Positions 7,924 to 17,438 of a stretch of DNA of 64,000 nt are shown in pieces; the first letter of the stretch is position 1, and every line of letters begins with the position of its first letter. A program made the translations under genes and the position numbers. The stretch is from Candidatus Moraniibacteriota bacterium (GTDB lineage: Bacteria > Patescibacteriota > Minisyncoccia > Moranbacterales > UBA1568), in the NCBI GenBank assembly GCA_028711705.1, contig JAQTRS010000003.1:109966-173965 (forward strand). The letters are read 5' to 3'. The notes below the pieces were generated by a model that was not told the origin of the DNA, ran no database searches, and was given only the letters and a program-made list of their open reading frames with translations.

Positions 7924-8850
7924 ATGGTAACAAGCACCTGGCAAACATTTCTTCATAAGCGAAGCGCGACATTCTTATTGGCAGTCATGGTTATTGCTAG
8001 CGGATTTGTTGGCAATACGCAAGAAGCGCAGGCTGCGATAACCAAGGCTGCCTGTGAGGCACTCGGCACCGGATACAGCTGTTTGGCGGCGAGTGATCCT
8101 GCTGCTGCCGGACGAGAGAGTGTTGATCAGTGCAATATGAACACCGGGTTTCCTATAGTGACCGGGAACTGCTATAAGCCCTTGCCGCCGCCAAGCAATA
8201 CCGGACCAGGAACAACTACAGGTTCAGGAAGCAACACGGGACCAGGAACGTCTACGGGCCCTGGTAGTAATACTAGTCCGGGAACAACTACGGGAACAAC
8301 AACTGGAACCACCGCGACTGGAACCGGTGTTACCACCATATCCTTTCAGAATCCCTTGCAGTACAATACCGTACAAGATGTGCTAGGAAGCCTACTCACC
8401 ACGCTTCAGGGCATCATCGTGATCCTGTGCATCATCTTCATCATCATCGGCGCCATCCTCTACATCACCTCTGCCGGCGATAGCAAGCGGACGTCCGCCG
8501 GGAAGCTCGCCATCACCGCCGCCCTCATCGGATTGGCCATCGCCATCGCTGCTCCGTCATTCCTCAAGGAAATCTCGAATATCCTCGGATGGAACAATAC
8601 CCCTGCCAATGTGAGCGCTTCGCTTTCGATCTCGGCCATCCTTACCAATGTGCTCAACTTCCTTTTGGGCATCGTGGGTATCATCGCGATCATCATGCTC
8701 GTCATCGGTGCTATCATGTACCTTTCGGCGGCGGGGGATGAAGACCGTATCGATACCGGTAAGAGTATTGTGAAGTATTCCATTATCGGCATTATTATCG
8801 CTTTCTCAGCCTTGCTTCTCGTCAAGCAAGTCGCCACGTTTTTCCTATAA
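7924..8850 (+). CDS. Tandem double TrbC/VirB2-type pilin with Cys-rich head and Thr/Gly linker
   Basis: Two cores: GAILYITSAGD...GKLAITAALIG and GAIMYLSAAGDEDRIDTGKSIVKYSIIG. Confidence 0.85.
   Translation: MVTSTWQTFLHKRSATFLLAVMVIASGFVGNTQEAQAAITKAACEALGTGYSCLAASDPAAAGRESVDQCNMNTGFPIVTGNCYKPLPPPSNTGPGTTTGSGSNTGPGTSTGPGSNTSPGTTTGTTTGTTATGTGVTTISFQNPLQYNTVQDVLGSLLTTLQGIIVILCIIFIIIGAILYITSAGDSKRTSAGKLAITAALIGLAIAIAAPSFLKEISNILGWNNTPANVSASLSISAILTNVLNFLLGIVGIIAIIMLVIGAIMYLSAAGDEDRIDTGKSIVKYSIIGIIIAFSALLLVKQVATFFL
8194..8301 (+). repeat. Three imperfect 36-bp tandem repeats encoding SNTGPGTTTGSG-like units
   Basis: Units start at 8194, 8230 and 8266; synonymous divergence between copies. Confidence 0.75.
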
Positions 8851-8877
8851 TCGAAGCAGACTGATGCTTGTGAAAAT

Positions 8878-8908
8878 AAAAGACCCAAGAATACATCTTG
8901 GGTCTTTT
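8878..8908 (+). terminator. Intrinsic terminator ending the pilin array
   Basis: AAAAGACCCAAGA-ATACA-TCTTGGGTCTTTT perfect 13-bp stem. Confidence 0.8.
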
Positions 8909-8914
8909 TAATAT

Positions 8915-8947
8915 AAAAAAGCGGGCATATATACTATATATGCCCGT
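8915..8947 (-). terminator. Terminator for the minus-strand SPFH pair
   Basis: GCGGGCATATA-TAC-TATATGCCCGT-like stem preceded by an A-run (U-tract on minus strand). Confidence 0.65.
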
Positions 8948-8988
8948 GTGTTACGTTGTGCAACGAACTATTGTCGCATTTACATCTT

Positions 8989-9873
8989 TTAACTACATTT
9001 GAACAGAGTTGCTTTCATTGTGCTATCTGTGCTTGTATAGTTGTCCGGATGTTGAAATACATTGATATCAAGATAGAGTTTCGTATCGTCTTGATCGAGT
9101 TTGAATCTATAGTTTGATCCGGCGTATACCATCTTGGCATTCTTTTGGAGCGTTACACCGCCGTAAGGTTTTGATTTGAACATAGCGGCGTCTGTAACCC
9201 ACTGCTTAACCGGTGATTCATCCAGTAGATTGCCGTCTGCGTCCACGGTACGAGAATAACTTACCTTTCCATTTACCAGAAACCATTGTTTTCTGGTCCC
9301 TTTAACTTTCAGGAGATACTCTCCCGGACCTGCTGTTGCCAGCAATGGTTTTTTGATAAATGTTTCAGTGCCTGGCGAAAAGGATAGCGTTGATATTTCC
9401 TCGGTACAAGCGGAAACGTTTTTCTCGGCAGTTTTTTTAGACAATACTGCCTTCCCATCGTTTGCTGCGACTACAATTTTTGATTCCGGTTGTATAGCCG
9501 CATCCATTTGTTTGGCGCTGCTTGCGACCGGTGTCGATGATACGCTTGGTTGCCCGAGTTTTTCATTGACTATATTTAGTCCAGGAACGAACCAATGGTA
9601 GTTGAAATAGAAAAACACGCTTGTTCCTACCAGAATCAATACTGCTCCAAGACTGAGCGCCTTCGGTTTGGTAAAGAAAATGATATAGATCATCAATGCC
9701 GCTACCCCGAAAGGAAAGAGCATCCACCAATTGAATTCTTGTGCAAGCTCAGTGTTTGGGTTTGCGACAGGTGCTTGATTGACGGAATCGCTACCCCCGG
9801 TAATATTTGCGAGAACCGTAACAATTATCAGAAATATAATGATTCCCACCACTACTTTTATCTTTGTGCCCAT
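8989..9873 (-). CDS. Hypothetical membrane protein (3 TM plus C-terminal beta-rich domain)
   Basis: 294-aa ORF with GGAGG SD, three N-terminal hydrophobic helices; directly downstream of the SPFH gene. Confidence 0.65.
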   Translation of the reverse strand: MGTKIKVVVGIIIFLIIVTVLANITGGSDSVNQAPVANPNTELAQEFNWWMLFPFGVAALMIYIIFFTKPKALSLGAVLILVGTSVFFYFNYHWFVPGLNIVNEKLGQPSVSSTPVASSAKQMDAAIQPESKIVVAANDGKAVLSKKTAEKNVSACTEEISTLSFSPGTETFIKKPLLATAGPGEYLLKVKGTRKQWFLVNGKVSYSRTVDADGNLLDESPVKQWVTDAAMFKSKPYGGVTLQKNAKMVYAGSNYRFKLDQDDTKLYLDINVFQHPDNYTSTDSTMKATLFKCS

Positions 9874-9881
9874 AATTCCTC

Positions 9882-10841
9882 CTATTTTTCATTGGTGATG
9901 TTGCCAGCAAGCGCGCCGGCTTTTTCAAGCGGACTAGCGTTGCCATCTATGGTGATGGCTTGCCTTTTACCGCGTTCGGCTTGCACGATGGTTGCAATTT
10001 GCGCATCTGAGAGATTTGGAAAACTCTCCTTGTATCGCTTCATCTGCTTTATCACAGTTTCCGTCTCTTTGCTCTCTGCTTCTTGTTGTGCGTATTCTAC
10101 ACGAACGTTTGCGCGAGCTGCCTCCAATTCCACAGGAAGACGTACGGTAGTGATACGCACCCGGTTGAGCTTGATGCCCCACTCGGTCAGTGCGTGATTC
10201 TGAATGCCTTCAACCGCGAATTCTTCAAGCTCTTGCACTTCTTCTGCGCCGGAGGCTGGAACTCCGGGTATGCCTTCGCCAGTAAGTGTCCCGTTAATGA
10301 GAACATGTACAATGCCTACTTTCGAACGCGGAACCACTTCAGAGTTCAATTTTGAAACGATGAGGCGAAGGATTCCATCAACACCTTGTTTATAAAGATC
10401 CTCAGCGCCGGTCGCTCCAAGATATCTTTGCGGATCCACTACCTGCACCTCGGAGGACAAATCAATCTTTATCGGGACATCGTCCTTTGAAAGAATCTCA
10501 GTTACCTCCTGATCAATACTCCTTTTCTTCGCATCAACCTCTTGTATATTTCCAAAAGGTTTTGGCCAATACCAAACCAAACCTTCCGTAAGGACTTTTC
10601 CAGCCACCCTTTTTCCTAAAAATAAGGGTACGGCGGTAAATCCAATCTGTACCGTTCGTAGGCCTTCCCAGCCAAAGTACCATATTGACGCAGCAGCGCC
10701 AACTGATCCGAATACGGAGTATGCCCACCAAGATCCCTGCGGCGTAACCAGTGTCGCTACCCATGCCATGAGCATATAGCTAATGGCTGCTAGAATTACA
10801 TTCCATACGATTCCATGCACCCAATTGTTAGTTGGTCTCAT
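9882..10841 (-). CDS. SPFH/Band 7 domain membrane protein
   Basis: Two TM helices, then GLRTVQIG..AV...LGK.....LTEGL, EILSKDDVPIKID and WGIKLNRVRIT patterns; SD GAGGTG. Confidence 0.8.
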   Translation of the reverse strand: MRPTNNWVHGIVWNVILAAISYMLMAWVATLVTPQGSWWAYSVFGSVGAAASIWYFGWEGLRTVQIGFTAVPLFLGKRVAGKVLTEGLVWYWPKPFGNIQEVDAKKRSIDQEVTEILSKDDVPIKIDLSSEVQVVDPQRYLGATGAEDLYKQGVDGILRLIVSKLNSEVVPRSKVGIVHVLINGTLTGEGIPGVPASGAEEVQELEEFAVEGIQNHALTEWGIKLNRVRITTVRLPVELEAARANVRVEYAQQEAESKETETVIKQMKRYKESFPNLSDAQIATIVQAERGKRQAITIDGNASPLEKAGALAGNITNEK

Positions 10842-10949
10842 TTTAATCACCTCTTCATTTCAGTATATTTATTTGTCAAGGTACGTCTTTTACGACTACT
10901 CTTAACGGTTCTGTGTCGGTTGTAGAGAGAGTTCTCTAGCCAACACCCA

Positions 10950-10978
10950 ATCCTAGCATAAAAATACGAAAAAGTCAA
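10950..10978 (-). promoter_or_regulatory. Sigma70-type promoter of the SPFH operon
   Basis: Minus strand TTGACT-17 bp-TAGGAT with extended -10 TG. Confidence 0.6.
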
Positions 10979-11091
10979 GTAAAAGAGGCTTGTTTGTAAG
11001 ATTTTTTGGGTAAAACGGCATCCAAAAGAAGTAATTTACTTTATTATCCCTTTCTAGAGGGAAAAACGCCATGTCAAATCAGGGGACCAGC

Positions 11092-11120
11092 TTGACAGAG
11101 TGACTTTTGCTTGCTATACT
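11092..11120 (+). promoter_or_regulatory. Sigma70 promoter of nusA
   Basis: TTGACA-17 bp-TATACT with TG extension. Confidence 0.75.
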
Positions 11121-11336
11121 CTAGGCAACGATGGAGATGGATGTTATGGTTCGCGAAAGCGGGCTTTTTTCTTTCTCGGGTTGTAAAAGAGTGCAAGTGG
11201 CATATGTTTTTTATCAGAGGCTTGCGAGGACGACGGGATGAGTACGAGGAATTTTTTAGCAAAAAAATATCCGTACTCTGATAAAAAACATATGTCGATT
11301 GCGCACCACATTAAGCAGTTAAGTAAGAATAATCAT

Positions 11337-12668
11337 ATGGCAAAGAAAAAGGTAGAAGAAGTGGAAGAATCAGGGAGCTTCAGTGAGCGATTGGGAGAAT
11401 TCGGGGGTGCTGTGATGCAGCTTGCCGAGGAGAAGGGTATTTCCAAGGACAAAATCCTCGAGATCGTGGGGGCCTCATTGGCTGCTGCGTATAAGAAAGA
11501 CTATGGGAAGCGCGGACAGGTGATTGTCGGTGAATTCGACGAGGTTTCAAAGGAAGCCAAGTATTTCTTGGTGAAGGAAGTGGTGGATGAAACTACCCGT
11601 GAATTCGTGGAGGCGCCCGAAGAGGAGTTGGAAGAGATGGCGGATGCCTCTGTCGAGGGCGATGAGAAGCGCTTGCCTCGCTACAATGAGGAGCGGGATA
11701 TTACACTTGAAGACGCGCAGAAATTGAAGAAGGATGCGGTTTTGGGCGATACGGTCAGGATTGAGCTCGAATCCCATGATGAATTCGGTCGCGTGGCGGC
11801 GCAGACGGCCAAGCAGGTGATCATCCAGCGTATCCGTGAAGCGGAGCGCGAGTCGATGTTCGCAGAATACAAGGAGAAAGAAGGACAGGTCGTGAACGGT
11901 GTCGTGCAGCGTATCGAAGGACGATTGGTGTTTATCGATCTTGGCAAGTCGGTGGGTGTATTGTTCCCGGCCGAGCAGATCGAGGGCGAGAACTACCGCA
12001 TCGGGCAGCGTCTCAAGGTATTCATCCTGAAGGTGGAATCCGACGCCAAGGGGCCCGGCATCACACTGTCCCGCTCGCATGCGGATATCGTGCGCAATCT
12101 GTTCGCTTTGGAGGTGCCGGAAATCTTTTCGGGTACGGTGATTATCAAAGGTATCGCTCGTGAGGCGGGATCCCGCACCAAGATCGCCGTGACGGCGTCC
12201 GATGAGAGCATTGACCCGATCGGTTCATGCGTCGGACAAAAAGGAACCCGCGTTCAGGCAGTGATCGACGAATTGGGCGGCGAGAAGATCGATATCATCT
12301 TGTGGAACGAGGATGATGAAAAATTCATCCGTGCCGCGCTCAGCCCGGCGAAGGTCCTGTCGGTCTCGTTGAATGAGGAGTTGCACGAAGCACGCGTAAC
12401 CGTGCCTGATGATCAGCTTTCATTGGCCATCGGCAAGCGCGGACAAAACGTCCGCTTGGCCGTCAAATTGACAGGCTGGAAATTGGATATCGTATCCGCC
12501 GGTGCCGCTGCTCCAGCAGCGGAGGTGACTCCTGAAGCGGTGGAAAGCGCTTTAGCGGAAGTGACGGAGGTGGCTTTGGCTGCCGAAGAGACGGTGGAGG
12601 AAGTCAAGAAGACCGTCAAAAAGAAGGCTGTCAAGAAAACGAAGAAGGCTGGAAAGACCGAGGAATAA
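11337..12668 (+). CDS. nusA: Transcription termination/antitermination factor NusA
   Basis: FGRVAAQTAKQVIIQRIREAER, S1 domain, KH motifs AREAGSRTKIAV and LSLAIGKRGQNVRLA; start at Met34 of the ORF chosen. Confidence 0.97.
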   Translation: MAKKKVEEVEESGSFSERLGEFGGAVMQLAEEKGISKDKILEIVGASLAAAYKKDYGKRGQVIVGEFDEVSKEAKYFLVKEVVDETTREFVEAPEEELEEMADASVEGDEKRLPRYNEERDITLEDAQKLKKDAVLGDTVRIELESHDEFGRVAAQTAKQVIIQRIREAERESMFAEYKEKEGQVVNGVVQRIEGRLVFIDLGKSVGVLFPAEQIEGENYRIGQRLKVFILKVESDAKGPGITLSRSHADIVRNLFALEVPEIFSGTVIIKGIAREAGSRTKIAVTASDESIDPIGSCVGQKGTRVQAVIDELGGEKIDIILWNEDDEKFIRAALSPAKVLSVSLNEELHEARVTVPDDQLSLAIGKRGQNVRLAVKLTGWKLDIVSAGAAAPAAEVTPEAVESALAEVTEVALAAEETVEEVKKTVKKKAVKKTKKAGKTEE

Positions 12669-12719
12669 AAGGGGTGTCGATACCGAAATAACACTATAAT
12701 CCATCGTAACCATATCCGT

Positions 12720-13322
12720 ATGGCAAATATCAATCATGCGCCAAGCAAATATATGCTCAACCTCTTGCACGCGATTCCCGCGTTCGCGAACGAGGTGGAA
12801 CTCCGACTGAATGTGATTATCGAGCTCAACTCGATGACTATCAATAAGTATGAGGTTATCACGGAAACCGGCCACCTTAAGCTCGATCGCGTGGGATTCT
12901 CTTCCCTTTCGTATCCGTTCGCATACGGCGCCATCCCTCGTACTTGGGACGAGGATGGCGACCCATTGGATGTTGAAATCGTCGGCGTGACGGAGCCTTT
13001 GGTGAACGGATGCCTCGTGGAGGCCCGCATCATCGGTATCATGAAATTTCAGGATGACGGCGAAATCGATGACAAGGTGATCGCGGTGCTCGCTGATGAT
13101 AAGCGTATGGACCATATCACGAGCTTCGATCAGCTCGGCAGCCACTGGATGAAAGAAACCTCCTACTACTGGGAGCACTACAAGCACCTCAAGAAGCCGG
13201 GAACGTGCATGGTCAAAGGATTCTTCGGAGTCGAGGAGGCCGTCAAGATCATTAAGGAATGCGAGGTTCGTTACACGGAGCAGTACCTTCCGAAGTTCGG
13301 GGAGAGCCTTTTGGAAGAATAA
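12720..13322 (+). CDS. ppa: Family I inorganic pyrophosphatase
   Basis: NKYE, YPFAYGAIPRTWDEDGDPLDV and DDGEIDDKVIAV signatures. Confidence 0.95.
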   Translation: MANINHAPSKYMLNLLHAIPAFANEVELRLNVIIELNSMTINKYEVITETGHLKLDRVGFSSLSYPFAYGAIPRTWDEDGDPLDVEIVGVTEPLVNGCLVEARIIGIMKFQDDGEIDDKVIAVLADDKRMDHITSFDQLGSHWMKETSYYWEHYKHLKKPGTCMVKGFFGVEEAVKIIKECEVRYTEQYLPKFGESLLEE

Positions 13323-13354
13323 GGAAGACGGATCGAATAGGTTCGGATAGAAAG

Positions 13355-13384
13355 ATAAAAAGTAGCTACACGGCTACTTTTTAT
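13355..13384 (+). terminator. Intrinsic terminator after nusA-ppa
   Basis: ATAAAAAGTAGC-loop-GCTACTTTTTAT. Confidence 0.75.
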
Positions 13385-13449
13385 TATGGCTGCATGTATG
13401 GGCAAAGGATGGAGGGGTGATTTTTCGGAGGGCGGATGCGTAGGATCAC

Positions 13450-13478
13450 TTGCCAAGGGGGAAGTTTTTGGTTACAAT
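13450..13478 (+). promoter_or_regulatory. Sigma70-type promoter of tig-clpP
   Basis: TTGCCA-17 bp-TACAAT. Confidence 0.65.
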
Positions 13479-13501
13479 AAAGTATCTAAATTATTTATGT
13501 T

Positions 13502-14800
13502 ATGAAATCTATGCATATCGTTGTCAAGCCGCTTGCGCAGTCAGAAGTGGAGATTACCGTCACGTTGCCGTGGGAAGCGTGGAAAAGGCATGCTGCCAAG
13601 GCTGCGAAGAATATCGCCAAGGATGTGAAGCTTCCTGGGTTTCGTCCCGGAAAGGTTCCTCAGGAGGTAATCGAGAAGAAGTATGGCAAAGAAGCTATCT
13701 TGCTTGAGGCAGCCGATATCGCTATCCAGGAGTCTTATCCGGAGGTATTGCGCCAAGAAAAGCTTGAGACTATCGGACGACCGAAGGCGGAAGTCAAGGA
13801 GGCGACAGAAGGTAAGGATCTGGAGTATGTCGTGACGACGGCCGTGATGCCGAAGGCGACCCTTAAGCCATGGAAGGATGCTGTCAAGAAGATCAATAAG
13901 GAGCAGGCGGCGGAGAAGATCGAGGTATCTGAGGAAGATGTGACGAAGGAGTTGGACCGTCTTGCCAAGACCCGCGCGAAATTTATCACCGTCAACCGCG
14001 CCGCACAGAAGGATGACAATGTTGAGGTTGACTTCCAAGTGTTCCGTAACGGCGTTGTGATCGAGAACGGTACCGGAAAAAAGCACCCATTGGTATTGGG
14101 AAGCAATACGTTCATCCCCGGATTCGAGGAACAGCTTATCGGCATGAAAACGGGGGAGGAAAAGGAATTCGAACTTTCCTTTCCGGCGGAATACCATGCC
14201 AAGGATTTGGCAGGGCAGACGGCGACATTCAAGGTGGAATTGCGATTGATCCAGGAGCGAGAAGTGCCTGTTATCGATGATGCTTTCGCGCAGTCTTTGG
14301 GAAAATTTATGACTATCGATGAGCTGAAGGCGAATATCAAAGAGGGCATGGTTGAGGAGAAGAAGCAGCAAGGGAAAGAAGCGCATCAGGCGAAGATTGT
14401 CGAGGAGTTGATCGGTTTGACCGAAGCGGCGCTGCCGGCCGTCATGGTGGATGAAGAAGTGCACAAGATGATCCATGAATTCGAATCGCAGGTGCAGTCG
14501 ATGGGTATGAATTTGGATGAATACCTGAAGGGTCTTGGTAAGACGCACAAGGATCTACACAAAGATTGGGTCCCGCAAGCAGAGAAGCGATTGAAGGCGG
14601 CTTTGGCTTTGGACGAGGTAGCGAAGGATCAGGAAATCGAAGTCGCAGCCGAAGAGGTTGAAGTGGAAATGAACAAAACCTTGCAGTATTACAAGACGAT
14701 GACCGACGTGGAGAAGAAGATCGATCTTGAGAAGCTATACAGCTACGTGAAGGGGAAGATGCAGAATGAGAAGGTGTTCGAGTACTTATTGAAGCTTTAG
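13502..14800 (+). CDS. tig: Trigger factor
   Basis: PGFRPGKVP ribosome-binding signature, FKBP domain LGSNTFIPGFEEQLIG, FPAEYHAKDLAG. Confidence 0.97.
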   Translation: MKSMHIVVKPLAQSEVEITVTLPWEAWKRHAAKAAKNIAKDVKLPGFRPGKVPQEVIEKKYGKEAILLEAADIAIQESYPEVLRQEKLETIGRPKAEVKEATEGKDLEYVVTTAVMPKATLKPWKDAVKKINKEQAAEKIEVSEEDVTKELDRLAKTRAKFITVNRAAQKDDNVEVDFQVFRNGVVIENGTGKKHPLVLGSNTFIPGFEEQLIGMKTGEEKEFELSFPAEYHAKDLAGQTATFKVELRLIQEREVPVIDDAFAQSLGKFMTIDELKANIKEGMVEEKKQQGKEAHQAKIVEELIGLTEAALPAVMVDEEVHKMIHEFESQVQSMGMNLDEYLKGLGKTHKDLHKDWVPQAEKRLKAALALDEVAKDQEIEVAAEEVEVEMNKTLQYYKTMTDVEKKIDLEKLYSYVKGKMQNEKVFEYLLKL

Positions 14801-14842
14801 GGTTTTACGCAGGGTCAAGTTTTTAGCCATTAAAGACTTTTT

Positions 14843-15439
14843 ATGGACAAAAATATCATGAACAATTATCTCATACCGACCGTTATCGAGAAGACGAGCT
14901 ATGGCGAGCGCGCGTATGATATCTATTCGCGTCTGCTTAAGGACCGTATCGTGTTTATCGGGACGCCCATCGATGACGGGGTGGCCAATTCCGTGATCGC
15001 TCAGTTGCTTTTCTTGGCTTCACAGAGCGATAAGGAGGATATCAAGATGTATATCAATTCTCCGGGAGGGGTGGTGACATCCGCTCTGGCCATCTATGAT
15101 ACGATGCAGTATGTGAAACCGCATATTCAGACGATTTGTTTGGGTATGGCCGCCTCGGCCGCTGCGCTTTTGCTGGCCGCCGGAGAGAAGGGGAAGCGTA
15201 TGAGCCTTCCCAATAGCGAGGTGATGATACATCAGGTGCTGGGGGGTGCGTCGGGCCAGGCGACAGATGTCGATATCCATGCCAGGCATATCCTCAAGAC
15301 CAAGGACCGTTTGAACGTCATTATGGCGCAGCACACGGGGCAGTCGTTGAAAAAGGTGACGCAGGACACCGAGCGCGATTACTTCATGAGCGCCGATGAG
15401 GCCCTGGCCTACGGCATCGTCGATAAGGTGATCCGTTAA
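14843..15439 (+). CDS. clpP: ATP-dependent Clp protease proteolytic subunit
   Basis: [41 protein letters not shown]. Confidence 0.98.
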   Translation: MDKNIMNNYLIPTVIEKTSYGERAYDIYSRLLKDRIVFIGTPIDDGVANSVIAQLLFLASQSDKEDIKMYINSPGGVVTSALAIYDTMQYVKPHIQTICLGMAASAAALLLAAGEKGKRMSLPNSEVMIHQVLGGASGQATDVDIHARHILKTKDRLNVIMAQHTGQSLKKVTQDTERDYFMSADEALAYGIVDKVIR

Positions 15440-15595
15440 CGGCTGAAATGGCGGCTTATAAAAGACATACTCGAAGTTTCTGAGCAGACTTTTGGTGTTT
15501 TATGTAAGCAGTCCACCTCATCTGAGAGTATAGGCATGTGCTTATAATGGTATGAAAAAACAGGCCCGAGGGTCTGTTCTTTCGTGAAACAGGAT

Positions 15596-17164
15596 TTATT
15601 TCAGGAGACCAAGAAGGCTTTCGCCGTGCATCTCCGGGGGCTTTTGGATGCCCATGATTTCAAGGACGGTCGGGGCGACATCGCTCAGGAGCCCTTCGAT
15701 CTGGTTTTCTTCGCGTACCATCAATTCGGCGGTTTTTTCGCGATGATTGTCGCTCGTGATAAGCCAAAAGGGGATGGGATTGGTGGAGTGTTCCGTATCG
15801 ATTTCCCCGGTGGTGAGGTTTTTGACTTCCTCGACATTGCCGTGATCGGAAGTGACCAAGATGGCGCCACTGACTTTCATAACGGCCGGTATAAGCAAAG
15901 AAAGGCTTTTATCCGTGGCCTCGACGGCCTTGATGGATGCCTGCTCGTTGCCGGTGTGGCCGACCATATCCGGATTGGCGTAGTTGATGAGGATGAAGTC
16001 GTACTTACCCGAATCGATGAGCTCGATGGCTTTTTCGGTGATTTGCGGGGCGCCCATTTCGGGAACGTCGTCGAAGTGGGGGACAGTTTGCGAAGGTATG
16101 AGGAAGCGATCCTCGCCTTCGAAAGCTTGTTCGGTGCCTCCGTTGAAAAAATAGGTGACATGGGCGTATTTTTCTGTTTCCGCGATGCGGGCCTGTTTCT
16201 TTTTGTTCTTGCTGAGGGTTTCCCCGAGGCTGTTATGGATTTCTTCCGGAGGGAAGGCGATACTGACCGGGAGATCCTTTTCGTACTCCGTCATGGTGAC
16301 GAATTCCAGATCGAGCTGCTTTGGTCTGTCGAATTTGTCGAAGCCAGGAAGGGTGAATGCCTTGGTGAGTTCGCGGGCGCGGTCTTCGCGGAAATTGAAG
16401 AAAATCACGGAGTCGCCGTCTTGTATGGTGGCGACAGGCGCGTTTTTTTCCATGATGATGCACGGATCGATATATTCGTCGGTCATGCCTTTGGCATAGC
16501 ATGCCTCAAGATAGGCGCTGGCGCTGGCCGTGTGTTCGCCTTCGCCCTTCGTGAGCACGTCATATGTTTTTTCGATACGCTCCCAGTTGTTGTTGCGGTC
16601 CATGGACCAGTTTCTTCCGGCCAGACTAGCCACCTTGCCGACGCCGATGGTGCGGATGTGTCCTTCAAGATCGCGGATACTCTGGATGCCCGAGGTTGGA
16701 GATGAATCTCGTCCGTCAGTAAAGGCGTGAATAAAGACTTTTTTAAGGTTTTGTTCTTTGGCCATGCGCATGAGCATGTAGAGGTGATCCTTGTGGGCAT
16801 GTACCGATCCCTCGCTCACCAAGCCCATGATATGTAAGGAACTGTTATTTTTCGCGACACGGTTCATGGCCGAAAGCAGGGCTTCATTCTTGAAAAACGT
16901 CCCGTCTTGGATGGCAAGCGTGATGCGGGGCATGTTTTGGTAGATGACGCGTCCGGCACCCATGGTCATGTGACCCACTTCGCTGTTGCCGGGCGTATTC
17001 CAAGGCAATCCGACCGCGATGCCGGATGCCTGGAGGCTTGTCATAGGGTAGTATCGGTTGAGTTTGTCGAAGGTGGGGAGGGTGGCTTCTCGGATAGGGT
17101 TGCCTTGCGTGGTATTGGAAAGACCCCATCCATCGAGTACGACGAGTACGACTGGCTTATACAT
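15596..17164 (-). CDS. gpmI: 2,3-bisphosphoglycerate-independent phosphoglycerate mutase
   Basis: LVVLDGWG, GNSEVGH, DGRD, ETEKYAHVTYFFNGG, NPDMVGHTG, SDHGN. Confidence 0.97.
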   Translation of the reverse strand: MYKPVVLVVLDGWGLSNTTQGNPIREATLPTFDKLNRYYPMTSLQASGIAVGLPWNTPGNSEVGHMTMGAGRVIYQNMPRITLAIQDGTFFKNEALLSAMNRVAKNNSSLHIMGLVSEGSVHAHKDHLYMLMRMAKEQNLKKVFIHAFTDGRDSSPTSGIQSIRDLEGHIRTIGVGKVASLAGRNWSMDRNNNWERIEKTYDVLTKGEGEHTASASAYLEACYAKGMTDEYIDPCIIMEKNAPVATIQDGDSVIFFNFREDRARELTKAFTLPGFDKFDRPKQLDLEFVTMTEYEKDLPVSIAFPPEEIHNSLGETLSKNKKKQARIAETEKYAHVTYFFNGGTEQAFEGEDRFLIPSQTVPHFDDVPEMGAPQITEKAIELIDSGKYDFILINYANPDMVGHTGNEQASIKAVEATDKSLSLLIPAVMKVSGAILVTSDHGNVEEVKNLTTGEIDTEHSTNPIPFWLITSDNHREKTAELMVREENQIEGLLSDVAPTVLEIMGIQKPPEMHGESLLGLLK

Positions 17165-17282
17165 AAAATTTCAATCAACAATTAGCAATTAACAATCAGC
17201 AAACTACGATATTTCCAGCCAGATGTTCGCCTGCTGTTAGTCATTGACTGCTTATCGCATAGTATAGCATTTAAGCCTCCTT

Positions 17283-17311
17283 TTGACAAAAGGGACCTGT
17301 TTGATTATGAT
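17283..17311 (+). promoter_or_regulatory. Sigma70 promoter upstream of the structured RNA and rny
   Basis: TTGACA-17 bp-TATGAT. Confidence 0.75.
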
Positions 17312-17328
17312 GAGGGTACTAGACAATC

Positions 17329-17438
17329 GGTCTACTAAATATTCAAATCTTCGTTTTCGATCGGATAGCTGTAGCAATACACGGTATATACGACTGAACT
17401 GACAAATAAGCGTTTCTACTTATGCCATTTAGCAGACT
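17329..17438 (+). ncRNA. Candidate compact 6S RNA or structured rny leader
   Basis: Closing stem GTCTACTAAAT/ATTTAGCAGAC, central bubble with small 3' hairpin, apical arm capped by TGTA-GCAA-TACA; lies upstream of rny. Confidence 0.5.

Noticed and set aside
8194-8301. 36-bp tandem repeats as a CRISPR-like or contingency locus
   Set aside because: They are in-frame, synonymously diverged coding repeats of a Thr/Gly linker with no spacers.
11240-11278. GAGTAC-containing hairpin in the nusA leader as a fourth family copy
   Set aside because: GAGTAC lies in the stem rather than the loop and the conserved arms are absent.
15454-15510. Imperfect hairpin between convergent clpP and gpmI containing TACTC (GAGTA on the minus strand)
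   Set aside because: It lacks the TTTTTC..GACC / GGTC..GAAAAA core, so it was not counted in the GAGTAC family; it may be an ordinary 3' structure.
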